Positions 23,078-35,717 of a stretch of DNA of 64,000 nt are shown here, one piece after another. The stretch comes from Paraspadella gotoi (lineage: Eukaryota; Animalia; Chaetognatha). Positions within the stretch are counted from its first letter, which is position 1. Every line of letters begins with the position of its first letter. The notes under the pieces were generated by a model. The model was not told where the DNA came from. It saw nothing but the letters and a program-made list of their open reading frames with translations, and did not search any database. The stretch is taken from assembly GCA_051294375.1 (NCBI GenBank), contig CM119263.1, positions 28,107,260-28,171,259 on the forward strand. Reading direction: 5' to 3'. The translations under genes and the position numbers were made by a program.

Positions 23078-26000
23078 ATCAAGAGTTCGGCGAATGAAGA
23101 ACGAATTCGAGGGAAGAGTCGAGGAAGGATTGGCGCAGGCGGAGGATGGAGTACGAACAGGAGATGCAGAAGATCGAGAGACGACATCATCTGGAGTTTG
23201 GAGGTGAGTTTAGAGATGGGAGACAATCATCTGAGTTGGAGTGAGTTTAGAGATGGGAAGACATCATCTGGAGTTTGGAGGTGAGTTTTGGAAGACATCA
23301 ACTGAGTTGGAGGTGAGTTAGAGATGGGAAGACATTCACTGGAGTTGGAGGTGGTTAGAGATGGGAAGCATCAACTGAGTGGAGGTGAGTTTAGAGATGG
23401 GAAGACATCATCTGGAGTTGGAAGTGTGATTTAGGAGAAAAGACAAAATCATCTGGAGTGGGAGGCTGAGTTTAGAGAAGGGACGAATCATCTGAGTTGG
23501 AGAGTGGTTTAGAGATTAAACGACATTGTCTGGAGTTGATGCTAAGTTTAGATTGAAACGACATCGTCTGGAGTTGGAGTGAGTTTAGAGAGGATGATAT
23601 AATTTTGAAATGACTTAGAGATAGGCAGAGATATATTCAAGAAGATTGTTAAGTTCTGTTCAATATTGTAGTAAAAGGATTTGAAATTCAGGCTTTAGAT
23701 ATAATGAAGAGTTTGTTCATTAATTTTTTTTTAAAGGAATTATTCGAAATTATCTTTCATTTTTTTTTCGAATTTACGTGAAATGTAACAATGGTTGAGA
23801 TTAGTAAATGAAGCCAAATAATGTATATAATTAATTAAAAAAGAGTCAAATAAATTACCCCTCTGTTGAGAGATACTACCTGACACTGGTCACGATTCTT
23901 TTAAAAAACATCATCGACAACTCCGCAGTCAGTCAGTCAGTATGGCGAGTGGTCTAAGGCGCCAGACTCAAGCTCGTGCTTCCTCTCCTCTCGGAGATTG
24001 TGCTTTCTGGTCCGCTCATGCGGGCGTGGGTTCGAATCCCACTGCTGACATTTTAGCCTTTCTATTGTTTGATAATTCTTCAAAAATTAACCTTGAAGCA
24101 AGTTGAATACTTCTAACGTGAAGGTTTTACCAATTGTCCCTGTCCCTCTCCCCTATTTTCATCACCTCTCCTCATCTCCACTTTTCCTCTCGCTACACTC
24201 CCCCCACTTTCCTTTCCTCCAGAGCCGCGACTCCACCGCCCGCGAATTCAACAAAATGAAGGAGCAACTGGAGATCGAGTTTCAGTCTCGATCGAACAAA
24301 ATGGCGTCCGAGTTGAAGTCGGCGGAGGCGGAGAGAGAGAAGCAGAAGGAAGAGTTCGAGGCGAATCTGGTCAAAGTCAAGTCTTTCTACGAGAGAGAGA
24401 TGGCGGTGCTGAGGGCCAATTCCACGGAGGAGGAGAGCAAGGTAAATGGGGGGCTGGGGGGCGTAAATGAGGGAGGGAGGGCTGGGGGGCGTTAATGCGA
24501 ACAATTTCTTAAGTCCTTTTAGGTTGACAGTGAATCATATAGAAATTGGAATCGTGCATTCATTTAGTTGTCATTATTCTATCGGTATTCTAGGATAATA
24601 TGAAAAAGTATTTCATAATGATGTATCAGTGGAGCAGACAAAAGTAAAAAAATTGAAATTAAATACCTATTCAAGAAAGAGAGAAGAGAGCGAGAGTGAG
24701 AGAAAGAGCGAGAGTGAGAGAGAAGAGAGATGTCAATTTTTAAATTTTTTTATTCACATTTCAATTTTTTTGAGAAATCCCTTTTTCTTCCCAGACTCTG
24801 GCGAACTTCGCGCTTCTTTTCAAGACGAAAGAAAAGAGTGGAGTCGACAGGAACAAATCTACAAGGAAAAGTAGTGATTTTCGATTTTGGAAGCCGTGGA
24901 AGATTGTGCGCGGAAAGCTTGCTTATCTCCGGCCTCAAACATACGAGTTTCTCATCTGTAATCATCTCAATTTCTCCTATATAAAAGTCTTTCATCTCTA
25001 TTCGTATGATTTAGATTCATCTCGATTCATATACATTCATTCCCATTCATCTCTCTTCACGTCTTCTCGATTCATCTCAGATAACCGGCGTTGGAGCAAA
25101 CTGAAAACGACGGAAGGCGAAGTGGAGAAGTGGCGCCGTGGATCTGTCCAAAGTCCTGCTTGAGATGCAGAGCAAAGACTCGGAGCTGCAGCACTGTAGG
25201 AAGCAGTACGCCCAGCTGCAGCAAGTAAGGGCTATCGTTTTAATATCAAGAATATTAGGAATTTTTTTCATCGATTTTAAAGTTTTTGAAAATTGTCATA
25301 TTATATAAAACAAAACATTTTTTTAAAATAAAATACAACAATCAAAAATGTCGTAAACAAGCACACGATTGCGATTGATTGCTTCCATTCCAGGAAGCGT
25401 CGGAAGCGTGGACAAAATTGAAGGATTCCACGTCGCAACTCAACGTCCTAAGAAGAAATCTGTTCGACTCAAACTCAAGATCTTCTCAAAAAGTCAAATC
25501 AGATTGGAACACTCGAAGCCGCCATTTTCAGGTAGTGAATTTTCTCTTTCGGTTTGTTCCTTAATTCACCAATAAGCGTTATATCAGCTCCAAGTTGCCC
25601 ACATTTATTTATTTTTTATATATCTCAACTATTCAAGACTAAATAGCACAGTGACTTAACATGGATTGTTCAGAACGAAAGCTACTGTGCGATCTTCAAG
25701 CGGAACTAAATCAAACCAAGGACAAACTAGAATGGCTTCAAGCCGAAAGGGACGTGTTCGCCAATCAGAGGTCAATCTTTGTCCAAGCAATCGCAGGTAT
25801 GCTAACTCCAGTTGACTGAAAGTCTTTATAATCGTTTTTTTGTTCATGCAAATATATATTAATGCAAAAAAAAAACCTCTTAAAAAAGTTATGAAGAATA
25901 TTCTCACTTTGACGTGTCCATTCTCCAAAGCCCATGATTCTTCATCATCTTGTCAGGATGGCCGAGTGGTCTAAGGCGCCAGACTCAAGCGTTAGCTTCT

Positions 26001-29000
26001 CAAAGAGATCGAGTATTCTGGTCCACTAAGTGGGCGTGGGTTCAAATCCCACTCCTGACACAATTTTTTTGTAAACAGACGACAGTTTTTTTCGGAATCG
26101 GAAACATCATATTTCAAATCATTGACGTCACTTCTTCCAGGCTCAACGTCAGGCGCTGGAGAACAACTGGAAAAGTTGAGCAAAGAGAAAAGCGAACTGA
26201 GGGAAAAAATTGGAGGAGGAAATGAGTCGATTGCGGAATTCGATGCAAGGGAAGATCGACGAAATCATGGAAACCAGGTTGAATTGTTATGGAGGAAACA
26301 AAATTGATAAAAGGATGATGTCATTTCATTTGTTTTTGTTTTTGTTTTTCTCAATCTTATTCATTTCATCTAAATTCATTATTGATGAGTAATTATTTTT
26401 TGATACTTTCATTCAATCAATTATTAATAATTTAGTAATTCATTCCTTCCATCCTTCATTTCTTCAATTATTTATTCATTATTCTTAAATACATTCTTCT
26501 TTATTTATTATTCATTCATTCATTCATTCATTCATCATCATTCATTTCATTCATTCATTCATCATTCATCTCCATTCATTCTTTCATCACTTCCTCCTAA
26601 CAGGGACAAAGAGAAAGTTGTAGAGAAATGAGGAAACACAAGATGGAGGATGATAACTTAAGAGGAATGGATGGAGGAAGAGTAGAGGAAACAAAGGATC
26701 GGGAGGGCGGTTGCTGGAGGAGCTCTTGAGCTGAAGGGAGTCGTCGAAGAAAAAGATAAGAATCGTTGAAGGACGAGGTGAGGCAGCTAGAAAAGAGCTT
26801 TGTTTTACTTGTAGAATATTTTTATAAACATAAAGAGAGATTATTTATTCATACGATTTACTAAAAATTAATAGAATTCACATTCTCTCACTTGATTGAA
26901 TCATATGTGGGATCCTTTTGTCCAATATTTAGTCACTTCGATCAATAAAAGGTCTTGTTTTTCTAAGTTAGCTTTTAAAAGACAAGCAAAGCAAAATTTA
27001 AAAGTTGAATATCATATGTGATATGTTGCATAAATTTTTGGAGTTCATTTCGGTTAGGACGAAGTGAAGTGTCCAATATAAATATTTCCAAATGTCAATT
27101 TCAAATTTCTCTTACCCGTCCCCGCCTCCATGCAGCTACACGGTTTCCGCCGTGACCTCTGGAGGAATCGACCGCCAGAGGTGGCGCGTCTGAATTTTCA
27201 ACAGCTGCAGACACGACCAAGGGATTGGAATCCGGCAGGAAACGGGGCCACTGGCCTCAGAGAGGCCAACGTTAGGTTTAGGTTAAAAGGTAAACTTAAT
27301 AGATTTAAACCACTTGGCCTCAGAGAGGCCAACGTTAGGTTAAAAAGGTAAATTAAAGATTTTTAACTACTGGCCTCAGAGAGGCCAACGTTAGGTAAAA
27401 AGTAAAGAACGATTTGACTAAAATATGAAAATAAATTGAAATGGAAAAATGAAGATGAGCCAGTAGGCCTCCAGAGAAGAAAAAAAGAATCCCAAGGATT
27501 AGATTAACATTTCAACGGCGAATTTGAAAGGAATTGACTTGCAATTCGGGCCCCTAGCTTCGAAGGGCCATATTCTGGATTTCGAAAATTGTGAATCTGC
27601 TGAAAAACATCGGGCTAAAATATAATATTGAGAGACAAGCCAGATTTCAATAGCTATATGGGTCTGAACTATTGGCCACAGAAAGAGTCCGCATGCGGTG
27701 GAGGACAGGTGGCCGAAAACCGAAGAATGACAGTTTTAAAATAAATTAATTCCCTGTGGACGCAAATTCGTCAAAATTATTTATTTTCTTGTTCATAGAC
27801 GTACAAACTCTAATGAAATTACTATAAAAAAATTATCTATTAATCTTTTTTTTACATTTTTGCCTTTCCTTTTCCAGCGGTGCTGGAAACAGACGCGCCA
27901 GGATTTCCGGACAGAAGCCAGGGCGGAGGCGGAGGCGATACAGGCCGGAAACAGGGAGGCTGAAAAGCGACCCCACCTGGCACAGATCGAGGGCCATGCA
28001 GAAAGCGGACAAAGGAGAACGGGGATAAAAACGAAGCGGACATCGAGGAGGCGCTGGCAGGGAGAAGTTAAGGTGAGTAAAGAGTGAACAAGTTAAATCG
28101 AATTCGAATAGGGTCTTTAAAAGAGAATTTTAAATTAATTAATCTGTTATTAACTCTTTGCTATGGGGGACTACGTTAAACTCTCTTTTATACTGAAAGT
28201 CTGGAACGGCGGTAGATAATTAACTCTTTTTAATGATTTCATTTAAACATTATTGGCTTTCTAAATTTTTGGCCTCGAGACTTTTTGTTTTTTCAACGGT
28301 TATTAGATTTATCTCCGGTCCCGTCTCTTGCCTTGGCCTATTAATCCTTCTAAAAAAAGTAACTTTCTTTGCTCGAGAAAGTTTTTAATTCAATTTTGAA
28401 TTACCTCGATCTCATGTGTCAGGATGCCGAGTGGATCTAAGGCGCCAGACTCAAGCGATTGCTTGCTCGGAATATCGATTGGAGATTTCTGCAGTCCGCG
28501 AATGCGGCGTGGGTTCGAATCCCACTTTGACCAAACCTTTTGATTAAAATTTTTTTTAAAACTACTTTATCTATTTAATATAATATTGTTGTTCTTTTTT
28601 ATTTCTAAACTATTAATTATAAAATAATTTTTTTAATATGGATTAGCAAAATCGACTTAGAAAAAATTTTCATCTTCCACTGAATAAAGAAAAGATAAGA
28701 GATATCTAGTATTATTTGAGACAAAAAAAAGAACTGACACACCCGCCCGGTTGTTCTAGAAACCGAACATGGAGCGGCTCCGCGGCGAATTGAGGCGCCA
28801 GCACTCGGAAGACAAAAATGGCCGCCCTCTCGCAAATCTCGTCGATGAAGAGCAGGAAGTCGCTGCAGCGCAGGAGGATGGCAGCAGAAGATTCGGAAGT
28901 CGTTGAAGAGGTGGGGTTTTTTGGAAATTAAAGAGTCTTGCAACTATATCAAAACACTTTTATTTAGATGGTAAACTAAAACAGGCAATTGAACATAATA

Positions 29001-29316
29001 GATAACTAATTCAATTGAACCATGAATTATTCTACGAAGCATAATGTCAGAATAGTTAAACAGGATAAAATAAATATTGGTCTTTCCCCCCACCAGGAAC
29101 TCTCGGCCTCCGACGTAAGTGCAAGCGATGGAGCAGAAACTCAGGACTCAACTGGCGGAAGCGACGGAGAAACTTAGAGGAGCTGAGGCGAAGATAGGAG
29201 GAGCAGGCTAGCATTTGGATGCGGACACGGCTGAGCAAAGTCAAAGAGGATTAGGGAGGAAGGCGGAGACCGTAAGATGGAGCGGATCAGGGAAAACAGA
29301 TGGAAGACAGAGAGAA

Positions 29317-29380
<64 letters not shown>

Positions 29381-31522
29381 CATTCTGCCACTTCTCCCTT
29401 CCCTACTTTTTCGTAGTTCTGGAAGACAAACCTGCGAGATACTCACATGAAGGAACTCATCGCCCAGACAACAGCGCATCGCGCCGTGAGGTTTATTAAT
29501 AATGTAACATTAAATTACTAAAAATAATTAAAAGATTACAATCAATTTAATATTTATCGATTTCAAAAAGGTCGTCGGAAGGGTCTTGGAAGAAAAACTT
29601 GCAACGACAGCACCGAAAAGCTCTGAGACGCTTGCGACTGCCAATTGAAGGGTGATATTAAAGTTAATATTAGATTAATTATTTAATTTATTCTATAACT
29701 ATTAAGATATACAATACTTTATCGGAGCGAATCCGATACCCTCGGACAGAACGAAACACGACGGCGGAAATCGATCACGTTGACTGAAAGACTCACCCGC
29801 GAACGCGAGGGACTCACCAAGGCGCACGCGCATCAACCGCCGCCGCCAAACTGAACTGGAACGCGCCTTTGTCGAACTCTACGGGGGCGTCCAGAGTAAG
29901 TTAAGGAGCGAGACGGAGGGTGAGTTAACCATTGAAAAAGCAAGGGTGGGTCGCTTAAGATAAAACACTACTATTATAACCCGAGAATTTGAAAAAAAAG
30001 CACAAAAATGAAATCGTTGTGGAAGACACTTGGACCGATCCATCGCCAAATGGAGCCCACCGGTGGTCACAACTGAAGTGTCATGTTATTGCGGTGAACT
30101 TTTTGGCAATGCCAATCATTTTATCCGAATAGTGGATTGCGTATTTAAATAATATGTCCTCAGTCTTGACTCTAGTTTCCTAAGTTTTTGCCATCATTTA
30201 AAAAAAACAAAAGAATAAAAAATTAAACGTGAAAATATATTTACAGTTTTGAAATTCTGCGAACCAGTTCAAACTGGTCAGTTGTATTTGAAACTTTGAG
30301 TAACTGGATTCTATTCAAAATTATGAACTCATCTTCTTCTCCTCTTCAATAATAGTCAGGGGCAAGATAGCTTATTTATTAAATGAATGGATAATTATAT
30401 TGGTTGTACCAATTTCATTATATTATCTTTATAATAATAACTAAAATCACTTTTCTTTCTTCTCCCATCTGTCTTTCTTTCTTTTTCTCTTATTCTTTTT
30501 TTACTTTTTTTTTTCTCCTCTTTCTCTCTTTCTATCCTTCTTTCTCCCCAGGAAAAGAGAATCGAACAAAATTGGGGATGAACTTCGGACGCAAATTCCA
30601 AAGACGCACATCGACGTGTGAGGAATTGACATGGACCACGTCGAGAGATGCAGCACGGTTGCCGCAGGATTGGCAGGCGTCGTTGTTTAGTCTTTCTGAG
30701 ATGCTTATTTAAAACTTCTCTCCCAACTTTTACTCAACAGCATTCCCAGTCGGCTGCAACCGGAATTGGAAAGTTCGGGATCATTGGAAATTTGCAAAAT
30801 TCAAAACGGGAAAACAGCAACGAGCTTAGGTTTCGGAGAATTTATTTCTTATTTTTGAGAATTTAAAACAGGAAATAATTGTAATAAAAGACCACTGTTA
30901 AACAGGGGGTAATATCAGTTTGTCAGGATGGACCGAGGGTCTAAGGCCGCCAGGACTCAAGTTACGCTTGCTCGGACTTTCCCCCGAGGTTTGAGAATTC
31001 TTGGGTCCGCGAATTGCGGCAGTGGGTTCGAATCCCACTTCTGAATTAAATTTTTTTGTTAATTTTAAAATACAGAAGAAAAATGGAACGAGGGCAGTAA
31101 AGACAAGCAACGATCCCTGGACGAACAGGTCTGCATCGGGAAATTTTTATAAGTCTAAAAATATTTGGAATGACCAATATTATATGATTATTATTATATT
31201 AATTTGAAATAAATATTTAAACTATTAAAACCAGAAATACGTTAAAAGGCTTCTCGTCAAGTTAAAATTTTTTTCGTATTCATATTAAGTATTTTTCGTG
31301 AATGATCAATTCATAAAATTCCATATTAATTAACTTAAAGATTAATTTAATTAACATAAGATCATTTAACCCGTTACTTCCCAGTTTTAGTGTCTCAAAA
31401 CTGTTCTTTATTTGTCTTTCAGGCGGCCAGAGAATCTCAGAGAAACTCAAGCGCTCGTGGCGGAATTCAACAGAGCGCAGAGGACCTTCTCAAAGACAAA
31501 ATATCAGCGCTTCCAAATCGCA
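23078..31522 (+). CDS. FAM184: FAM184A/B-like gene, inverted partial duplicate (copy B; middle exons, many frameshifting indels)
   Basis: Exon 24224-24441 reads SRDSTAREFNKMKEQLEIEF...EANLVKVKSFYEREMAVLR, the same as in copy C. Probably an artefactual copy. Confidence 0.7.
23180..23600 (+). repeat. About 39-bp tandem repeat copying an exon 3' end plus donor (inverted copy at 41345-41695)
   Basis: Unit AGACATCATCTGGAGTTGGAG|GTGAGTTTAGAGATGGGA, about 9-10 units, decaying distally. Confidence 0.9.
23936..24050 (+). tRNA. tRNA-Leu-CAA: tRNA-Leu(CAA) with intron, type 3 (copy B)
   Basis: Acceptor stem GTCAGTA/TGCTGAC, CCAGACTCAAG, intron starting CTCGTGCTTCC, GGTTCGAATCC, then TTTT. Confidence 0.88.
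25952..26060 (+). tRNA. tRNA-Leu-CAA: tRNA-Leu(CAA) with intron, type 4 (copy B)
   Basis: Acceptor stem GTCAGGA/TCCTGAC, intron CGTTAGCTTCTCAAAGAGATCGAGTA, variable arm TCCACTAAGTGGG, T-loop TTCAAAT, T-run terminator. Confidence 0.93.
28418..28532 (+). tRNA. tRNA-Leu-CAA: tRNA-Leu(CAA) type 2, error-laden duplicate (copy B)
   Basis: Same intron and flanks as 21614-21727, with indels. Confidence 0.7.
30922..31045 (+). tRNA. tRNA-Leu-CAA: tRNA-Leu(CAA) type 1, error-laden duplicate (copy B)
   Basis: Same intron hairpin (CTCGG..CCGAG) and flanks as 19276-19392, with indels. Confidence 0.7.
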
Positions 31523-32107
31523 GTTAGCGAACTAGAACATTAAATATTCTTTCAAACTCTACATCAAAATTATATTACAATATTACAACTACATACATTA
31601 AATTTTATCCAGAATATTAATGTACCTAAAGCGATTAGTCCTTTTGATATAATTTGAAACAGTTCATTGAAAACATTATACCATTTCTATTATTGATAAA
31701 TGCCTTCATGGAATAAATGACTGAGAATGGAGAGAGTCTTGATTGAAAGCTTGCAGGTCCCTGCTATATTATTTATCTCCTAAGATGGATTGGAGGCCAT
31801 AACTTCACAATAAGATTGCAAAGTCAGGTAACGTTATACCGTAGTCTATACTGAATGAATGAATCATTTTTTTATATCGGTACCGGCTATTTCATACCTA
31901 TATTTTTAATTATATATTAATTTATTATTTATTTATTTATATCTATTTATTTATTTATTATTTTATTTTTGATTTAATTTATTTATTTATTTATTTATAT
32001 TATTTTTTAATTATTTTAGATTTACATATTTACTTATTTATTTTTTAATTATTTTTTTACAAGCAAAATTATTAACATGCAAAACATGTCCTCAAAAGCA
32101 TCTTCCA

Positions 32108-35100
32108 TTAAACTACCGGCGTAGCTGGATTCGGCCGAAGGCCCTGTATAGTGCGCGGAGGAAGCGGCTTGGCCGGATGACTGTTTTCGTCGTGAAGAGA
32201 CTTCCAGGCAGAGGCTCCATTTGTGCTCAACGCCGGAGCCGAGTTCGTCTGATGGAGGAAGAGTTGGAGCCGGGTGAGTTCATCCGGCGCCGGCATTCCG
32301 GACCATAGGTCCGACGCCGCCAGATTCCCGCCGCTGATGCGCTTTGCCGACTGTCCGGACGAAGAGTTGGTTGGTAAAGGCGCGCAAGCGGCCAGGGAAG
32401 AGGCGCCTGCTTCGGTCGTTATTCTTCTGACTTCGTTTCTGTATGCGGGAAGTAAGGCGGGTGTCGGTGAGTTGAATTAATAATGTTGATGAGTGATCCA
32501 ACTTTCGGTCGGCATGTTAATTATATAAGGTAAATACAATATACATAAGAATAAAACACAATATATCAGTGTACAAATTAGCACTTTCTTGATGTCATTC
32601 AAAAAAAAGGAAAGTTTAGGTGAGGTCAACGAAGAGTGGGATTCTTGGAGCGTCGGCAAGACTTAGCGTCAATGTTCCACTTACAACATTCTTCATGAAA
32701 GAGTAAATATCGACTCATTTGTCGCCTTTTTTCATTTTGAACTAACCTTTTGACGAGATGAATTGGAAAACTCCGACATCCAAAAGCATGGACTGAAGAC
32801 CGTCTTGACGAGCGTTTGAAAACCATAACTGCTCTAATAATTGTACACAATGTCGCAAAGTTATCTTCGATGAGACTCACCTTGAGAAGCGGATTGATGA
32901 CTGCCCGACGTTGGGATGTGGTTGAAGACCCGATTCAAGTTCGTCCTCCCGATTCACTGAGTTCGAGTTGATAGAATCTCTTGTCGTTCGAGCAACTTGC
33001 GGATGCAGTCTTCTCTCTCGCCGACGACACGCGAAGGTTGTCAGATGCATTCCAGTCTTCGGTCGAGACGTCGCGTTGAATACGATCCTCTGCTTCTCTT
33101 GAGGTGAGAAATAATTGTTTGGTTTTGTTTCCGTGACCATTTCGGTGATAAGTTGATTTGTGTTGTTTTTGGTTTGGTTCCTTTTATATACCGGACGTGT
33201 TTCTTAAACTTCAACCGTTTGTCAAATACAGGTATGTCAATATAGGTATTGAAAAAGCCGTAACCGATATAAAAAATGATTCATTCATTCAGTATAGAGC
33301 TACGGGTATAACGTTACCTGACTTTGCACATGCTATTGTGAGTTATGGCCTCCATCCATCTTAGAGATAATAATATAGCAGGGACCTGCAAGCTTTCAAT
33401 CAAACTCTCTCACAGTCTCGTCATTTATTCCATGAGCATTTATCAATAATAGAAAGGTATAATGTTTTCATGAACTGTTTCAATTATATCAAAGGACTAA
33501 TCCTTTAGTACATTATATTCTGATAAAATTAATGTAGTAGTTGTAAGTTGTAATATAATTTGATGTAGAGTTTGAAAGAATATTTAATGTTCTAGTTCTG
33601 CTTACGCGATTTGGAGCGCTGATATTTTGTCTTTGAGAGGTCCTGCGCTCTGTTGAATTCCGCCACGAGCGCTTGAGTTTCTCTGAGATTCTCTGCCGCC
33701 TGAAAGACAAATAAAAGAACAGTTTGAGACACTCAAAACTGGGAGTAACCGGGTTATGAATCTTATGTTAATTAAATTAATCTTTAAGTAATTAATATGG
33801 GATTTATGAATTGATCAATTCACGAAAAATACTTAATATGAATACGAAAAAAATTTTAACTTGACGAGAAAGCCTGTTTAACGTATTTCTGGTTTAATAT
33901 TTAAATATTTATTCAAATTAATATACTATAATAATATATTAATAATGTCATTCAAATCATTTTTAGACTTATAAAAAATTTCCCGATGCAGACCTGTTCG
34001 TCCAGGATCGTTGCTTGTCTTTTACTGCCCTCGATCCATTTTCTGTAAAATTTTAAATTACAAAAATTTATGTCAGAAGTGGGATTCGAACCCACGCCGC
34101 ATTCGCGGACCAGAAATCTCAACTCGGGGGAAGTCCGAGCTAAGCGTAAGCTGAGTCTGGCGCCTTAGACCACTCGGCCATCCTGACAACTGATATTACC
34201 CTGTTTCACAGTGTCTTTATTACAATTATTTCTGTTTTAAATTCTCAAAAATAGAATAAATTCTCCGAACCTAAGCTCGTTTGCTGTTTTCCGTTTTGAT
34301 TTTGCAAATTTCATGATCCCGACTTTCCAATTCGCGTGCAGCGACTGGGAATGCTGTGATGTAAAAGTTGGGAGAGAAAGTTTTAAATAAAGCATCTCAG
34401 AAAGACTCCACGACGCTGCCATCCTGCGCACCTGCTGCATCTGCTCGACGTGTCCCTCAATTCCTCCGTCGATGTCGCGTCTTTTGAATGCGTCCGAAGT
34501 TCATCCAATTTTGTCTCGAATTCTCTTTCCTGGGGAGAAAGAGGATAGAAAGAAGAGAAAGAGGAGAAAAAAAAAAGTAAAAAGATAAGAGAAAAAGAAA
34601 GAAGACAATGGGAGAAGAAAGAAAAGATGATTTTAGTTATTATTATAAAAGATAATATAATGAAATTGGTACAACCAATATAAAAATTATCCATTCATTT
34701 AATAAATAAGCTATCTTGCCCCTGACTATTATTGAAGAGGAGAAGAAGATGAGTTCTAATTTTGATCAGAATCCAGTTACTCAAAGTTTTCAAAATACAA
34801 CTGACCAGTTGACTGGTTCGCAGAATTTCAACTGTAAATATATTTCACGTTTAATTTTTTATTCTTTTGTTTTTTTAAATGATGGCCAAAAACTTAGGAA
34901 ACAAGAGTCAAGACTGAGACCAATATTATTTAAATACGCAATCACTATTCGGAAAAAATGATTGGCATTGCCAAAGTTCACCCCGGCAATAAGCATGACA
35001 CCTTCAGTTGTGACCCGGTGGCTCATTGGCGACTGGATCGGTCAAGTGTCTTCCACAACGATTCATTTTGTGCTTTTTTCATTCTCGGGTTAATAATAGT

Positions 35101-35651
35101 AGTGTTTTATCTAGCGACCCACCCTTGCTTTCAATGGTTAACTCACCCTCCGTCTCGCTCCTTAACTTACCCTGACGCCCGAGAGTTCCAAGGCGCGTTC
35201 CAGCTCCAGTTTGGCGGCGGCGAGTTGATGCGCGTGCGCCCTTGGTGAGTCCTCGCGTTCGCGGGTGAGTCTTTCAGTCACGTGATCGATTTCCGCGTCG
35301 TGTTCGTTCTGTCGAGGGTATCGGGATTCGCTCGATAAAGTATTGTATATCTTAATAGTTTATAATAAATTAAATAATTAATTAATTATTAACTTTAATA
35401 TCACCTTCAATTGCGATCGCAAAGCGTCCAGAGCGTTTTCGTGCTGTCGTTCAAGTTTTTTCTTCCAGACCTTCCACGACCTTTGATCGATAAATATTAA
35501 TTGATTAATCTTTTAATTATTTTTTAGTATTAATGTTACATTATTAATACTCACGGCGCGATGCGCTGTTGTCTGGGCGATGAGTTCCTTCATGTGAGTA
35601 TCTCGCAGGTTGTCTTCCAAGAACTACGAAAAAGTAGGGAGGAGAAGTCAG

Positions 35652-35717
<66 letters not shown>

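Noticed and set aside
23078-31522. FAM184 pseudogene or programmed frameshifting
   Set aside because: Frameshifts fall at different positions in each copy and occur equally in introns and tRNAs, as expected for sequencing error.
34071-34187. Apparent CAG anticodon variant (and an extra A in the 36487 copy)
   Set aside because: Single-base homopolymer indels not shared by the other copies of the same locus; most likely read errors.
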